Below are positions 12,762-24,633 of a stretch of 64,000 bases of DNA, piece after piece; position 1 is the stretch's first letter, and every line of letters begins with the position of its first letter. The notes beneath the pieces were generated by a model. It did no database searches. It was not told the DNA's origin and saw only the letters and a program-made list of their open reading frames with translations. Source of the stretch: Lytechinus pictus (Eukaryota); contig NC_087251.1 in NCBI RefSeq assembly GCF_037042905.1, forward strand, positions 3,722,001 to 3,786,000, given 5' to 3'. The translations under genes were made by a program, and so were the position numbers.

Positions 12762-13108
12762 GTAAGCTATACCTAATTGGAGTCACTTACGTTTTAAAAG
12801 CAATTTAAGTAACTCTAGCATAAGCAATCGAAGTAGGGGGCAGAGGGAGCACTTGCCCATCCCCCCAAAAAAAATGAAGTGGGGGGGGGGGGAACCAGTC
12901 AGTTTTGCCCCTACAGTGCTCCCTAAAAGTAAAAAAATAATTATGTAAAGTCAAAATAAATAATGAAGGCTCTTTTCTTAATTGTCTAAAATTGTCGATT
13001 TTATAAAAGAAAATGTTGTTTTTTTTTGCTCCTCAAGTGGCGCTATAATTAAGTATAAATAGAACATAGAATAGAGTAAAATTTAATGTATAGATGGCAT
13101 ATAGTCTT

Positions 13109-13274
13109 GTGGAGCGTTGTGGCCTGGTGGATTAGTCTCCTTTGAAACAGGGGGTCGTGGGTTCGAATCCCAGCCATTGCGTAATTTCCTTCAGCAAGAA
13201 ACTCATCCACATTGTGCTGCTCTCAATGGGTACCCGGTAGGAAGAAATTCCTTGAATGCTTGAGCGCCTCTATA
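13109..13274 (+). mobile_element. tRNA-derived SINE, 5' part (3' part at 20742-20856)
   Basis: Pol III A box TGGCCTGGTGG (13120-13130) and B box GGTTCGAATCC (13160-13170); interrupted at TA by a Tc1/mariner-type MITE. Confidence 0.8.
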
Positions 13275-13977
13275 CAGTGCGTTAAAAAAAAACGGGACAG
13301 ATTTGAAAAGTCTATAAAATTTTTGTTTCAAATTATGATCTCTATATTTTGGTGTCAATAGGCATGATAGGTGCTCTGGAGTCTTATCCTTCAAATGCCA
13401 TTAAAATAATTTAGTATCGTTCATGTTTGAGCGAACACGGAATGTTTTTGTCTGGGGTTAAAAAGGAGGCTTGCGCCAAAATGGCATAAAATGATAAATA
13501 TGATGGTCGGACTTCTTGCTAATCAGCAGACTTTCTCTCAACCTTTTCATTATCTTTGCCATATTTTTCAAATTATGCGGTCAAAATTCATTTTCAAATC
13601 TATTTATTTGCTCGAATAGTTCTGTTGTTGTTCCTTTTTAATATCTTGTCTTTTAGCTTTGAATATTCCTTCTTTAGGCAAGAACAATTTTTTTTTAAAC
13701 CAAAGTATGGGAGAGCGTGTTTTTTTTCAAATCCTTTCATTGTGTGCTACAAAGGTTATGGTGCCTTTGAACAGTGGCATACTAATGGGTGAGGGCTCGG
13801 GGTACTCCTCCCCCCCCCCCAAATAAAAAATCATGACCAAGAAAAAAAAGTGGAAAGGAAAATAACAGAAAACATAGAAAGTGAAACATAATATCATTTT
13901 CTGAATATTATGGCAAAATCACAAAATTTGATATTTTTAATAAAAAAAGTGGAAATTTTAATTTTTTAAATTTTTAA

Positions 13978-14576
13978 AGGACAAGTCCACCCCAACAAAA
14001 ACTTGATTTGAATAAAAAGAGAAAAATTCAACAAGCATAACACTGAAAATTTCATCAAAATCGGATGTAAAATAAAAAAGTTATGGCATTTTAAAGTTTC
14101 GCTTATTTTCAACAAAATAGTTATATGAACGAGCCAGTTACATCCAAATGAGAGAGTTGATGACATCACTCACTCACTATTTCTTTTGTATTGTATTATA
14201 TGAAATATGAAATATTTTTATTTTCTCGTCATTGTCATGTGAAATGAAGTTTCATTCCTCCCTGAACTCGTGGGATTCCATTATTTTAACATTTTGTGCT
14301 TCAGGCAAGGAGGTCCTAATCGTCAAATTCGTAAAAATTGAAATATTGTATAATTCAAACAATAAAAAACAAAAGAAATAGTGAGTGACATCATCGACTC
14401 TCTCATTTGGATGTAACTGGCTCGTTCATATAACTATTTTGTTGAAAATAAGCGAAACTTTGAAATGTCATAACTTTCTTATTTTACATTCGATTTTGAT
14501 GAAATTTTTAGCATTGTGCTTGTCTGATTTTTCTCTATTAATTCAAATCAACATTGTTCTGAGGTGGACTTGACCT
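13978..14576. mobile_element. Kolobok-like MITE (AGGACAAGTCCACC TIR, TTAA TSD)
   Basis: TTAA at 13974-13977 and 14577-14580; about 200-bp imperfect TIRs; second copy at 51111-51643. Confidence 0.8.
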
Positions 14577-14587
14577 TTAATACATTT

Positions 14588-14743
14588 CAGGGGCCGCGGA
14601 ATGGTTTTCCAAGGGGGGGGGGGCTGACTATGCTAAAAATCACAATCATATGGTCATTTTTACGTTTTTGTACACGGTTTTGGAAAAAAGTGGGGGGGGG
14701 GGGCTGAAGCCCCCCCAGCCCCCCCCTGGTTCCGCGGCCCCTG
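14588..14743. mobile_element. CAGGGGCCGCGG MITE with 5-bp TSD CATTT (hAT5-like)
   Basis: TIR CAGGGGCCGCGGAA; CATTT at 14583-14587 and 14744-14748. Confidence 0.8.
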
Positions 14744-15437
14744 CATTTTACCATATCTGCCATATCTTGCTCCATTGACTCAATACACCATTGCCATTGA
14801 AAAACATGAATCCTTTCCTGTTTGTCCTGTCAAGCACATAATTAAACTTGGTGAAGGATTCAATAACTTCTTGAAAATAGGATTCATGTCTTTTATAGGT
14901 ACCATAACATAATTTGTTTCACATAATAAAACGATTTGAATAATTACAAATTCTCCCAATTGATAATGCAAATCTTCTTACTTGGGTTGACAAAAAGTCT
15001 TCTTTTCTTACTTATGAAGGAAAATTCAAAGGCAAAAGAAGTTTAAATGAAAAACAATATAATTCAGGTAAATGAATAAATTTGTGAATGAAATTTGACA
15101 GCATAATTCGAAAATTATGGCAAAGATAATGAAAAGATTAAGAGGAATTCTGTTGATGAGCCGAAAGTCTAACTCTCTCAAAAATTGTTTTTGAAATTCA
15201 AATTTCGAAGAGTAGAATATCGTTTGGGGCTTAGTTTTTCCGTATATATCGGATTAGGATCGTACTTATTCCACGGATGTCATTTATATGCCATTTTTTA
15301 TGCGGATCGATAGGATTTAGTTGGATTTAAATTGTCGCGGTGAACATCTTTCGCGAGGTGCAACGAGCGCAGTGGACCACCGAACGCAACGTAGAGTTTC
15401 AGCGGGGAGCTAGCCCGATACCTACTCGACGTTCGCG

Positions 15438-17508
15438 ATGGCGTCTGTCGTCAATCCAGCCGCCCGCAACGGGGAATTGACACTACAGGAGGCCATGAAG
15501 CGGCTTTCGCCGAACGCACTCGCAGATGAAGTTTCACCGCCGATCGATTCCACATTAGTTCAAGGAGCGAAAAGGAAAATTCTTCCGAAACGCAAGTCAT
15601 CGGAATCTGAAATCAGCGGTTCGCAGAGATCAAACAAGGGAAACACCAGTATTAAATCATCATCCAATAAAAACAAACAAGGGAAAGCATCAAGAGATAG
15701 GAAATCATCGACTCAAGCAGAAGAGAAAGAATTCCAATGTGAGTACTGTGCCCGGGGGGGCCACTTACATTGACGAGTGGATACCATGCGCGACCAAAAA
15801 AACACGTAAAAAGGATGTCTTTTTCACGATAGGGCACGTTACGTACGTAACGTGATAAGGGTGTCAAAAACACAAAAATAATGAAAAAAGGGTATCTATT
15901 TCGCTAGGAAAATTACGTGTTTAGGGTCGAATTCGCGGGGATGATAAAACAAAATTAAAATGTTTTATAAAGGATGTCCTTTTTGCCCCAACACTTCGTG
16001 TTTAGAGTCCGATTTGCGCGAGGTGTAGAAGGTGGGGTCGTACTAAACCAAATAAGGTAAAGCCGACGACCGAAGGACCCGTAACAATAAAACATTCCTG
16101 TACCTGTTTAGGGGTTCATTTCAGGGAACATTTGCCAAGAGTATCGTTTTGTTACCAATACTTGTTAAGGGTAGGGTTTCACACGCCAATACTTGTTAAG
16201 GGGCGCATTTTCAGAATATGGAAATTACGTGTTTAGGGTGCTTTTCGAGACCCCATGGTCGCGCATGGTATCCACTCGTGAATGGAAGTGGCCCCCCCGG
16301 GGTACTGTGATAAAACTGGCATTGAAATTATGATTGAATGTGAATGCTGCAAGCGGTGGTCATGTTTGTTGTGTCAAGGCATGTCCATGGAAGTGTATGC
16401 TGTACTGAGTGACGAAAATAATCATGCTCATTGGTACTGTTTTTACTGTGAAGAGAAGGCTATACAAGCTATCAAATCAGTTGAATTGAACGAGCAGAAA
16501 ACAGCAAACACTTATATCAATTCTGGCTTTACTGCCAACGGAGAACAAGGCAATAGCCGAAGTGCAGATATTCCCTTCAATCAGTTGGATCAATTTACTC
16601 ATCAAATATGTGAAATTATGCAAGAAATGAAAGGAATTAAGTCGATGCTAGAGTCTTCAGAGATAAATGACAATAGAAATAAATCATACGCACATGTAAC
16701 TAAACAACAAGAAAGAGTGGAGAGTAGGCCTAGAAGTAAAAGCAGTAGGGGCATTGAATCTGACATTAGCCAAAGCCCGAACTACAATTCAGATTCACAG
16801 GCTAGTCATGTGCAACTGCAGCAACAATCTGCACTCATTAACATAGCAACTGTTGATGAAATAGTTGATAGAGAAAGAAGAAAGCTAAACTTAGTTTTAT
16901 TCAATGTACCAGAGTCGACAGGTGATAGTTTTCAAGAGCGACAGTGTGAGGATGCAAAAGAGGCTGAAACTATCTTCTCAACAGGATGTCACGTGGAGGG
17001 AGTTAGGATTATGAAAGTCATACGACTGGGAGGGAGGATCCAAAATCAGAACGCCAAGCCCAGGGTTCTGTTGGTACAACTTGAAGATGCTACACACAAA
17101 AGTGAAATCTTGAAGTCAGCAAAAAACTTGAGAAAAATAGAGAAATGGATGAATGTATTCATTGCTCCAGACATGACTAAACAACAGCGATTAGAGCGTA
17201 AAGCTCTGAGGGAAGAGCTCAAGAGGAGACGCGAGGAGGGTGAAGAAAACTTGACAATTCGCAGAGGAAGATTAGTCACCTACAATATTGATGTGAAACT
17301 CAAGCAGAAGCGTACAGAGAATGTGGCACATTCCTCCTCCCCGCAGACGAAAGACAAGCAGGTGAAAGAGAATGTTCAATCCAGCTTCCAACAATCAGAA
17401 GGCATACAAGAAGTGCGACCCAGCACTCAACCTAAAGATGGACAAGTTTTAACAGATGAGACAAGGTTAGAAGGAGCAATAGGAGGAGTTGACCTCGGTG
17501 AGTGTTGA
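15438..17508 (+). pseudogene. CR1 ORF1 (PHD-like zinc finger, nucleic-acid-binding protein), interrupted by a 551-bp MITE
   Basis: Joining 15438-15750 to 16310-17508 restores a 503-aa frame: CEYC..MIECECCKRWSCLLC..WYCFYC, then ERRKLNLVLFNVPES..RLG..PRVLLV..VFIAPDMT motifs typical of CR1/L2 ORF1. Confidence 0.88.
15751..16301. mobile_element. CCCGGGGGGGCCACTT-TIR MITE, 8-bp TSD GTACTGTG (superfamily unassigned)
   Basis: Perfect 16-bp TIR plus further subterminal IR (ACGAGTGGATACCATGCGCGACCA); GTACTGTG at 15743-15750 and 16302-16309. Confidence 0.9.
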
Positions 17509-20406
17509 CTACAGGAGAGTAAATGTTCAGTTGATGACAATTCAGTGGCATTTGAAACTGGAAATGATTTGAAAGTTCTATATACAAATGCAGACTCTTT
17601 ATCTAACAAAATGATTGAGTTGGAGATCATTGTGCATAACTTGAATATTGATATTATTTTGGTGACTGAAGCAAAACCTAAATCTTCTGTAACAGAATCA
17701 ACTCTGACTTCATTTAACATACAAGGATTTAATATATTTGGAAACCTTGAAAAGGGCAAGTGCAATTCTCGTGGAGTTTTGATATACACAAGGACTACAC
17801 TCAAGGTGATTGAAGTGGAAATGTTTAACGACTTTATTGAATCATCATGGTGTATGATAACTCTACAAGGGAATTCGAAGCTTCTTGTAGGATGTATATA
17901 TCGAAGCCCATCAAGTGCTATGGAAAATAATATATTGTTGAATAATTATATCAGACAACTGTCTGAAAACAAAGACACAGCTATATTTATCGTTGGTGAC
18001 TTTAACTTTCCCGAAATAGACTGGAATTCATGGTACGTCAGAGGGTTAGGTGACAACCAGGCTAAACATTTTGTAGATGCTCTTCAAGACTCGTATTTTT
18101 TTCAACATGTATCTGAATATACAAGATTTAGACAAGGGCAAAATCCCAGTGTTTTAGACCTCGTTATTACAAACACAGAAGACATGATTAAAAACTTGGA
18201 TGTGCTGCCTCCATTAGGAAAAAGTGACCATTGTTGTATTGTTGTTGACTTGAAAGTTTCTGGAGAAAAAAGAGCCAGAACAAAGTCATTAAAGTTGAAA
18301 CTAGACAAAGGAGATTATGAGAAACTCAATTATCTTCTCAGTGATATTAAGTGGAGTGAACTTTTAGTAGACAGGACATGCTGTGATGCCTGGAAACTCT
18401 TCAAAGATATATTCCTTACTTTTGTTCAGGAATGCGTGCCTCCTTGCCAGATAAGAGACTCGAAGCAACGTAGGAGCCCATATATATCGAAAGAAGCATT
18501 GAGGTTATCCAGCAAGAAGAAAAAAGCATGGAAGATGTATGTAAACACTGAAAGTATTATTGATCATGCTAAATACAAAAGGATACGTAATCATTTGAGA
18601 CAAGTTACCAGACAGGACTGTATTGAGTATGAAGGATCACTAGCTAAGGAGGTAGCCTCAAACCCGAAGAAATTTTGGAAGTATGCCAACAGGAAAATAA
18701 AATCAAGACCTGGAATAAGTGATCTAGTAAACTCAGAGGGAAAAGTCATAAGTTCAGACATAGAAAAGGCAAAACTTCTTAATGACTTCTTTTCAAGCGT
18801 TTTTGTCAATGAGAATTTGTATTTTATGCCAGATATAAATTGGCAATACTCTGGTCCACCACTATCTGATGTAATTATTACTAAAGAAAAGGTAGAAAAG
18901 AAAGTTCTTAAACTGAATGGAAGCAAATCTCCAGGTCCAGACGAAATGCATCCAAGACTGTTGAAGGAAACTGCACGTTCCATTTCTGTTCCACTACAAA
19001 TCATTTTTGAGAAGTCATTTGATGAAGGCATGCTTCCTGGTGATTGGAAAGTCGGAAACATAACTCCGCTACACAAAAAGGGAAGCAAGAAGAACATTGA
19101 AAACTATAGACCAATAAGTTTAACATCAGTGGTTGGAAAAGTGATGGAGGGTTTAATTCGTGATATAGTGATGCAACATCTGATGGATCATTGTTTGCTT
19201 TCAAACTGTCAACATGGATTTACTCCAAATCGGTCCTGTATGACACAACTTTTATGTGCAATGGAAGAAATGACAGGCAAACTTGATGCTGGAATTCCAA
19301 TTGATGTCATTTATTTAGACTTTTGTAAAGCATTTGACTCTGTTCCTCATGAAAGGCTTCTCAAGAAATTAATGTCATATGGTATAGTTGGAAAATTACA
19401 TGCTTGGATAAGAGCCTTTGTAACAGGAAGGGAACAGAGAGTGACTATCAACGGTGAAAGTTCTGATTGGAGTCAAGTAAGCAGCGGAATTCCGCAAGGG
19501 AGCGTGTTAGGACCCATTCTCTTTGTCATCTTTATAAATGATTTACCTAATATTTTGGACAATTCTGTGTATATATTTGCCGACGATACCAAAATCATCG
19601 GTGATGTTAGCTCTGATGTTAAACAAAAGACTCTTCAAGCAGATCTTACTCATGCTGTCGAATGGAGTGAAACCTGGCAACTTAAGTTTAATACTAAGAA
19701 ATGCAAGGTTCTACATATTGGAAAGAACAATTCAAGAAGTGTGTATACTATGAATGGAGATGAATTAGAACCATGTAAGCAGGAAAAAGATCTCGGTGTT
19801 ATTATGGATGAAGAGCTCAATTTTCACCAACATGTCTCAGCAGCTGTTTTGAAAGCTAACCAAATACTTGGAATAATACACAGGACTTTTTCTCAAATAA
19901 CCCCTGAAATATTACCAATTTTGTTTGTATCTCTGGTTCGACCTCATCTGGAATATGGGAACATTTTATGGCATGTGAGATTCAAAATGGATGCAGACAA
20001 AGTAGAGAAGGTGCAAAGGAGAGCTACTCGCATGATTCCTGGTCTCCAGAGCTTACCGTATGAGCAACGTCTACAGAGACTAAACCTTCACTCACTGTTT
20101 TACAGAAGACGAAGAGGAGATATGATTACTGTGTACAAACTGTTAAATGGAAAGTTTGGGATCTCGAGTGATATATTTTTCACACCAGCAATCCATTCAG
20201 CAACTAGAGGTCACAAGTTCAAGCTCTTCACAGGACGATCCCGGTTGGAACTTAGGAGCAAATTTTTTAGTCAAAGAGTAATTTCTGACTGGAACAAACT
20301 GCCTACAGAAGTAGTGGAAGCAAAATCAGTGGAAATGTTTAAACATCGTTTGGATAAATTTTGGTGGGGGGAAAGATTTAAAACCTCCATTTCTCAACGC
20401 ACGTAA
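17509..20406 (+). CDS. CR1 ORF2: AP-endonuclease plus reverse transcriptase (intact frame)
   Basis: APE motifs YTNADSL, VTE, YRSP, VGDFN, LDLV, SDH; RT motifs KSPGPD, NYRPISL, QHGF, YLDFCKAFDSV, GIPQGSVLGP, FADD; CR1 C-terminus TRGH..FFSQRV..WNKLP. The frame is open from the ORF1 stop. Confidence 0.95.
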   Translation, partial: LQESKCSVDDNSVAFETGNDLKVLYTNADSLSNKMIELEIIVHNLNIDIILVTEAKPKSSVTESTLTSFNIQGFNIFGNLEKGKCNSRGVLIYTRTTLKVIEVEMFNDFIESSWCMITLQGNSKLLVGCIYRSPSSAMENNILLNNYIRQLSENKDTAIFIVGDFNFPEIDWNSWYVRGLGDNQAKHFVDALQDSYFFQHVSEYTRFRQGQNPSVLDLVITNTEDMIKNLDVLPPLGKSDHCCIVVDLKVSGEKRARTKSLKLKLDKGDYEKLNYLLSDIKWSELLVDRTCCDAWKLFKDIFLTFVQECVPPCQIRDSKQRRSPYISKEALRLSSKKKKAWKMYVNTESIIDHAKYKRIRNHLRQVTRQDCIEYEGSLAKEVASNPKKFWKYANRKIKSRPGISDLVNSEGKVISSDIEKAKLLNDFFSSVFVNENLYFMPDINWQYSGPPLSDVIITKEKVEKKVLKLNGSKSPGPDEMHPRLLKETARSISVPLQIIFEKSFDEGMLPGDWKVGNITPLHKKGSKKNIENYRPISLTSVVGKVMEGLIRDIVMQHLMDHCLLSNCQHGFTPNRSCMTQLLCAMEEMTGKLDAGIPIDVIYLDFCKAFDSVPHERLLKKLMSYGIVGKLHAWIRAFVTGREQRVTINGESSDWSQVSSGIPQGSVLGPILFVIFINDLPNILDNSVYIFADDTKIIGDVSSDVKQKTLQADLTHAVEWSETWQLKFNTKKCKVLHIGKNNSRSVYTMNGDELEPCKQEKDLGVIMDEELNFHQHVSAAVLKANQILGIIHRTFSQITPEILPILFVSLVRPHLEYGNILWHVRFKMDADKVEKVQRRATRMIPGLQSLPYEQRLQRLNLHSLFYRRRRGDMITVYKLLNGKFGISSDIFFTPAIHSATRGHKFKLFTGRSRLELRSKFFSQRVISDWNKLPTEVVEAKSVEMFKHRLDKFWWGERFKTSISQRT

Positions 20407-20741
20407 AGTCTCACAAGTTTAAACTGTCTAGATAATCGTCAATTACCGGAAGTTAAGATCGGAAACCTACAGGAGAAGTCCTTCATTTCCGTACCTGATG
20501 TGATGTGATGTGATGTGATAATCAAATTTTTCATTTCTGCAATTTTGGCGCAAGCCTCTTTTTGAACCCCCGACAAAAACGTCCCGTGTTCGCTCAAGCA
20601 TGAACACAATTTATTTTTTTAAATGGCATTTCAAAGATAAGATCTCAGAGCATCTATTAACATCAAAATATAGATATAATGATTTCAAACAAATTTTTAT
20701 AAACTTTTCAAAACTGTCCCGTTTTTTTTATACGCACTGTA

Positions 20742-20856
20742 TAGGCAGCTCAGCTGAAGCCGGGGTAATAATAAAAGCAGGGCCCGCTGGGAGAACAGTT
20801 TTCAGAACTGAAGACTTCAAGTGTATACCCTGGGTAAATTGTTATATCATTATTAT
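20742..20856 (+). mobile_element. SINE 3' part and tail
   Basis: Continues after the TA TSD; GCAGGGCCCGCTGGGAGAACAGTTTTC..TATACCCTGGG plus (ATT)n tail; the same tail is inverted at 22396-22470. Confidence 0.7.
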
Positions 20857-22395
20857 CTGTAAATGAGTATTCCCCATGCCTGAGTGTCGGTACACTTTAA
20901 TTCCATTTTCTTTTTTTTTCTTTTACTTCTAACATGTCTCATATAAGAGTACTTTTTAATTGCTCGTGTACTTAGTAAGGATAGTTTTTGTAAGTTATGA
21001 TCAGTCCTTCACAGTATATTTGAAATGTTTTGATTCCAAATTTGTTTTTAAATGATCTATAAACATGTTCGTTATATTACATAAAGTCCCTACATAATTA
21101 TATGCCGTAAGTAGGAGGGGGCCTATAGGTAATGGAGGAAGCGCCCCTATTGGTAGCTGCTCAAAAAAAAAACTGGAGGAGACGAGAAAAAGAAGACTGA
21201 GAAAAAATAAGAGGATGAAGAAAATTGAATGAATAATGGATTGATAATTGGAAACAAGAAAGTCCAGTTCATTTAATAAAAACAAAATTAACTCAGCTGG
21301 GTTGCGGTGCTTGCATTAGGTTTAATTGGTCATCTTCATGAATCACCGTCGCAAACACTATATATAGTCAATCCCTTTTCATGTCGGTATATTAAAAATT
21401 TTAGCTCGCACTTTGCGCTCGGATAAATGGTCTGTAGCATCTCGTCAGGGCCCTGTGAACGATTTTTTATTTATTTATTTATTTTATTTCCAGGCAAAAG
21501 ACAACAAGAATATGTACAAGATGAAGAAATTACCAACGACTAGTGTCTGAGGATGACTAAAAGAAAAACTAGTTTCTGTTATGAATCTCTCCTCACTAGT
21601 CGGGGATTACAATATACAAAAATAAAATCGGTATAAAATATGGCAATATATAATGTTAAGATGCATTACTTATTAAAACAAAGAACTTAATAATAATCAA
21701 GAGTGTTTGTTTCCATGTGCCATGTTCCAGTCTGATATGAAATGTTAATAAACAACGTTATGCTATAATCAGATAGTAAAGCCTGAGGAGGTGGAGTTGC
21801 ATAATATTGTGAGAACTTAAATGTTACCATATCATATAATACACAATAGTCGAACATGACAACAATGATCATGCTTAAAAGTAACACAAAAAGCAGAAAT
21901 ATAGTATATCAAAATAATTGTCAGATACATGTATACAATATTCAGAGAGAGAGAGAGAGAAAGAGAGAGGGGTGGGTGGGAAGAAGAAGAAGATATGATG
22001 AAGATGAAGAAGAAGAGGAACAAAGAGTTTAGAGAACTGGGGTAGAATGAAATGAGAGAGAGGCAAAAAAGAGACGAAGCATGACAAAAATGCAAATTCT
22101 ACTACCCAGGCCATCATGACCATGAATTAATAAACTAGCATATAGGAATAAAGTAACATTATGAACAGTGCAAGAGCAAATAATTACATAACAGTAATTA
22201 ACAAAATGCATAGCAAAGGGCACAATATATAAGCTAAGAATAAAAGGCCAAATACATGCCCTTTAGCCTGCACAGAATGAGAAAAACAGAAAAAAGTAAG
22301 ATAAAGGAAGAAAAGGAAAGAAAGGGAAATTTGAGAGATCTAAACGGAGACAGCAAGACGAAAACAATACTGCATGTCTCATTAAAACGCATTTT

Positions 22396-22470
22396 ATAAT
22401 AATAATAATAACGGTATACCCAGGGTAGCCACTACAGTTCCGAAAACTGTTCTCCCAGCGGGCCCTGCTA
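22396..22470 (-). mobile_element. SINE 3'-tail fragment
   Basis: Reverse complement of about 20776-20855 with (TAA)n tail. Confidence 0.65.
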
Positions 22471-22526
22471 TTTTCAATTGGAGGCATGGAGAATAATTGT
22501 TCACATAGAGCATATAGGTATAAATT

Positions 22527-23900
22527 CAGGGGTGGATCCAGCTTTCGCCAATATGGGGGGGGGGGGGGGGGGCGGCGAAAAAAAAATCACTCATATTTTC
22601 CCAGATCGGCCTCTCAAAGATGATTTTTGTTTGTTTCTTCGTAAAAGTAACTTCTTTGCTTTATTCTTATAAAACATAGTAATCTCATAAGCTATATTTA
22701 AATAGTGCGAGCGCGAAGCGCGAGCTAATTTCATGTATTTTGTCCTGAAAATCGAACATTCTGGGCAATGTTTGTGATCCTGAACAAAATCTGTATATAA
22801 CTGATCAAAAAAGGGACCTGTTGAGGACTGTTTGTATATAGTTAGCCATAAAGCGATACATATTCAATAATCAAATAAAGCGAGAACGAAGCGCGAGCTG
22901 GAAATTTTTGGCATTCCAACCTAAAAAATGGAAATTCTATATAAGCATATTTTGTAATCATGGGCAGAATAGGTATAATATAACTAAACAATGCGAGCGC
23001 GAAGCATGAGCGGAAAACAAGAGATTTAGACCTAAAAATGGGTTACTCTATTCCTGTTTGTAAATCATGAAAAGAATGGGTAATTGGGTATCCTAAATCA
23101 ATAATGTGAGCGCGAAGAGCGAGCAGAAAAATTTAAGTCTGAAACTGGATAATTTACGCATGTTTTGAATAAAGAACAAGCTGTGTATCTCAATAAATAT
23201 GCGTGCGTGTGTTAAAGAGTAGTGCCTGGGCATTCTAAATATATATTTTATCTTTTGTTTGTTTTGTAGTAGTCTTTATTATTCATTCAAATAACATTCA
23301 TACATACATGATCAAGGAAATATAAAACAAAATGATAATAATTGCAGCTGTAAAAAAACCACACAACTCAAATTACATGCACTGTAATAGACATAGCAGG
23401 CAAATTGTATCGCGGAACAGTGACATAATCAGAAATTATGCAAAAATAACATTTCAACAATATGCAGCTAAAGCAAAAAAAAATTTGAGCACTAATTCAA
23501 GCACTGTGTAGGAAAATCGTGAAGTGGATATTATGGATCGCTCTTGATAAATGATGTGAGCGCGAAGCGCAAGGTGATATGTTTATTATTTTTATTTTGA
23601 CCCAGGACCTGGAAACTCTAATTAAATTTTGTCATCATATGAAAATAATGACTTAATCTAATCCTCTTACTAAGCGCGAGATATTCCATTCTGAAAAAGG
23701 GACAATTTAATTATAAGTGAAAATGTTATTTTTGTATTTAAGCCTATATAATGACAACTCGAAATTTGTTGATATTAATTCCTGAAAACTGGATATTTTA
23801 ATTAAGCACTTTTGTAATTATTAATAGGATGCATGGGTTAATATATTTTTTTTTAATTAATGAGAGTGGGAAGTTGACGCAGATTAATGGGTAATTTAGG
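22527..23900 (+). mobile_element. CAGGGG(C/T)GGATCCAG-family repeat with internal GCGAGCGCGAAGCGCGAGC motifs
   Basis: Colinear with 62561-64000; motif repeated every 110-180 bp; right end not resolved. Confidence 0.7.
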
Positions 23901-24013
23901 GATAATTAATTTATCATATTCTGAGGAAGCTCTGTACACACGAACTTTGTTCTTTTACAATAATTTGAATTTGGTTTAGGTAATGAAAGTATAAATATAT
24001 TTACATCTTTTGC

Positions 24014-24259
24014 CATTGGCATACAGAAGAGGGGTTGGGGCGCTTGCCCCCCCCCCCCCCAATTTGTCACCCAAAAAAAGAGAAAAGGAAAGAGAGGAGG
24101 GTGAAATATTAATTTCTGAATATTATGTCAAATTACAGACTTTGATTTTTGTAATAAAAATGTCAAAATTTTTGCTCGCTCGCTTGCAGCTTTTTATAAA
24201 TTTGGACCGATACGCCATATCTAACCCCCTCAAAGTTTTTGGCTCATTATACGCCTCTG
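24014..24259. mobile_element. Degenerate CAGTGGCGTA-family MITE
   Basis: CATTGGCATAC..ATTATACGCCTCTG termini; similar in reverse to 62682-62900. Confidence 0.5.
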
Positions 24260-24633
24260 CTCATTTGCATTTCTTGCTCTTGTTACCAAGTGATCTTGGC
24301 TAAAAACAATCCTTGCTGATATTATACAATGTTATAACAGACAACCTCTTTCCCGTACTTTGTTCATGAGATTATTCTCAATAATTTTCAACTTATTGAT
24401 ATTGTACATTCATGAATGAATGTACTGTTCTAATCTTGGTTTTCAGTGGAAATGGATAAATGAACTTGAAATATATGAGTCTGTGCCATAGAGATACATC
24501 TCTATGGTCTGTGCTTGCAGACCATTTTACACCGAATTTACAGACACTCACTCGGTCTCATGTATGTAAGAAACTACATTTATATTCTCATACTGGCCGA
24601 AATGTTCAGTTGGAGGTGTACCTAATTTGGATC

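Larger units (their letters stand above)
13772..14793. mobile_element. hAT-like MITE, TSD CCTTTGAA/CCATTGAA
   Basis: Termini CAGTGGCATACT / CAATACACCATTG; the empty site GGTACCTTTGAAAGACATG is in the paralog at about 41252-41270. Confidence 0.65.
15171..20519 (+). mobile_element. Apparently full-length CR1-clade LINE (5' UTR, ORF1, ORF2, (TGATG)n tail)
   Basis: Host MITE sequence stops at about 15170 and resumes at about 20520; PHD-type ORF1, APE-RT ORF2, short 3' UTR, TGATG repeats at 20496-20519. Confidence 0.92.
13275..20739. mobile_element. Tc1/mariner-type MITE (TA TSD) expanded by nested insertions
   Basis: TA|CAGTGCGT..AAAAAAAACGGGACAG and CTGTCCCGTTTTTTTTTATACGCACTG|TA; long TIRs; a less disrupted paralog is at 40769-42126. 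Confidence 0.85.

Noticed and set aside
13109..13180. tRNA gene
   Set aside because: A and B boxes are present but the cloverleaf is degenerate and continues into a SINE body and tail.
17503..17508. Cys-Sec (TGT TGA) selenoprotein motif at the ORF1 end
   Set aside because: No SECIS recognised in the short 3' UTR and no redox fold; generic readthrough is the simpler explanation.
17046..19204. Minus-strand ORFs within the LINE
   Set aside because: They are antisense shadows of ORF1/ORF2 with no independent motifs.
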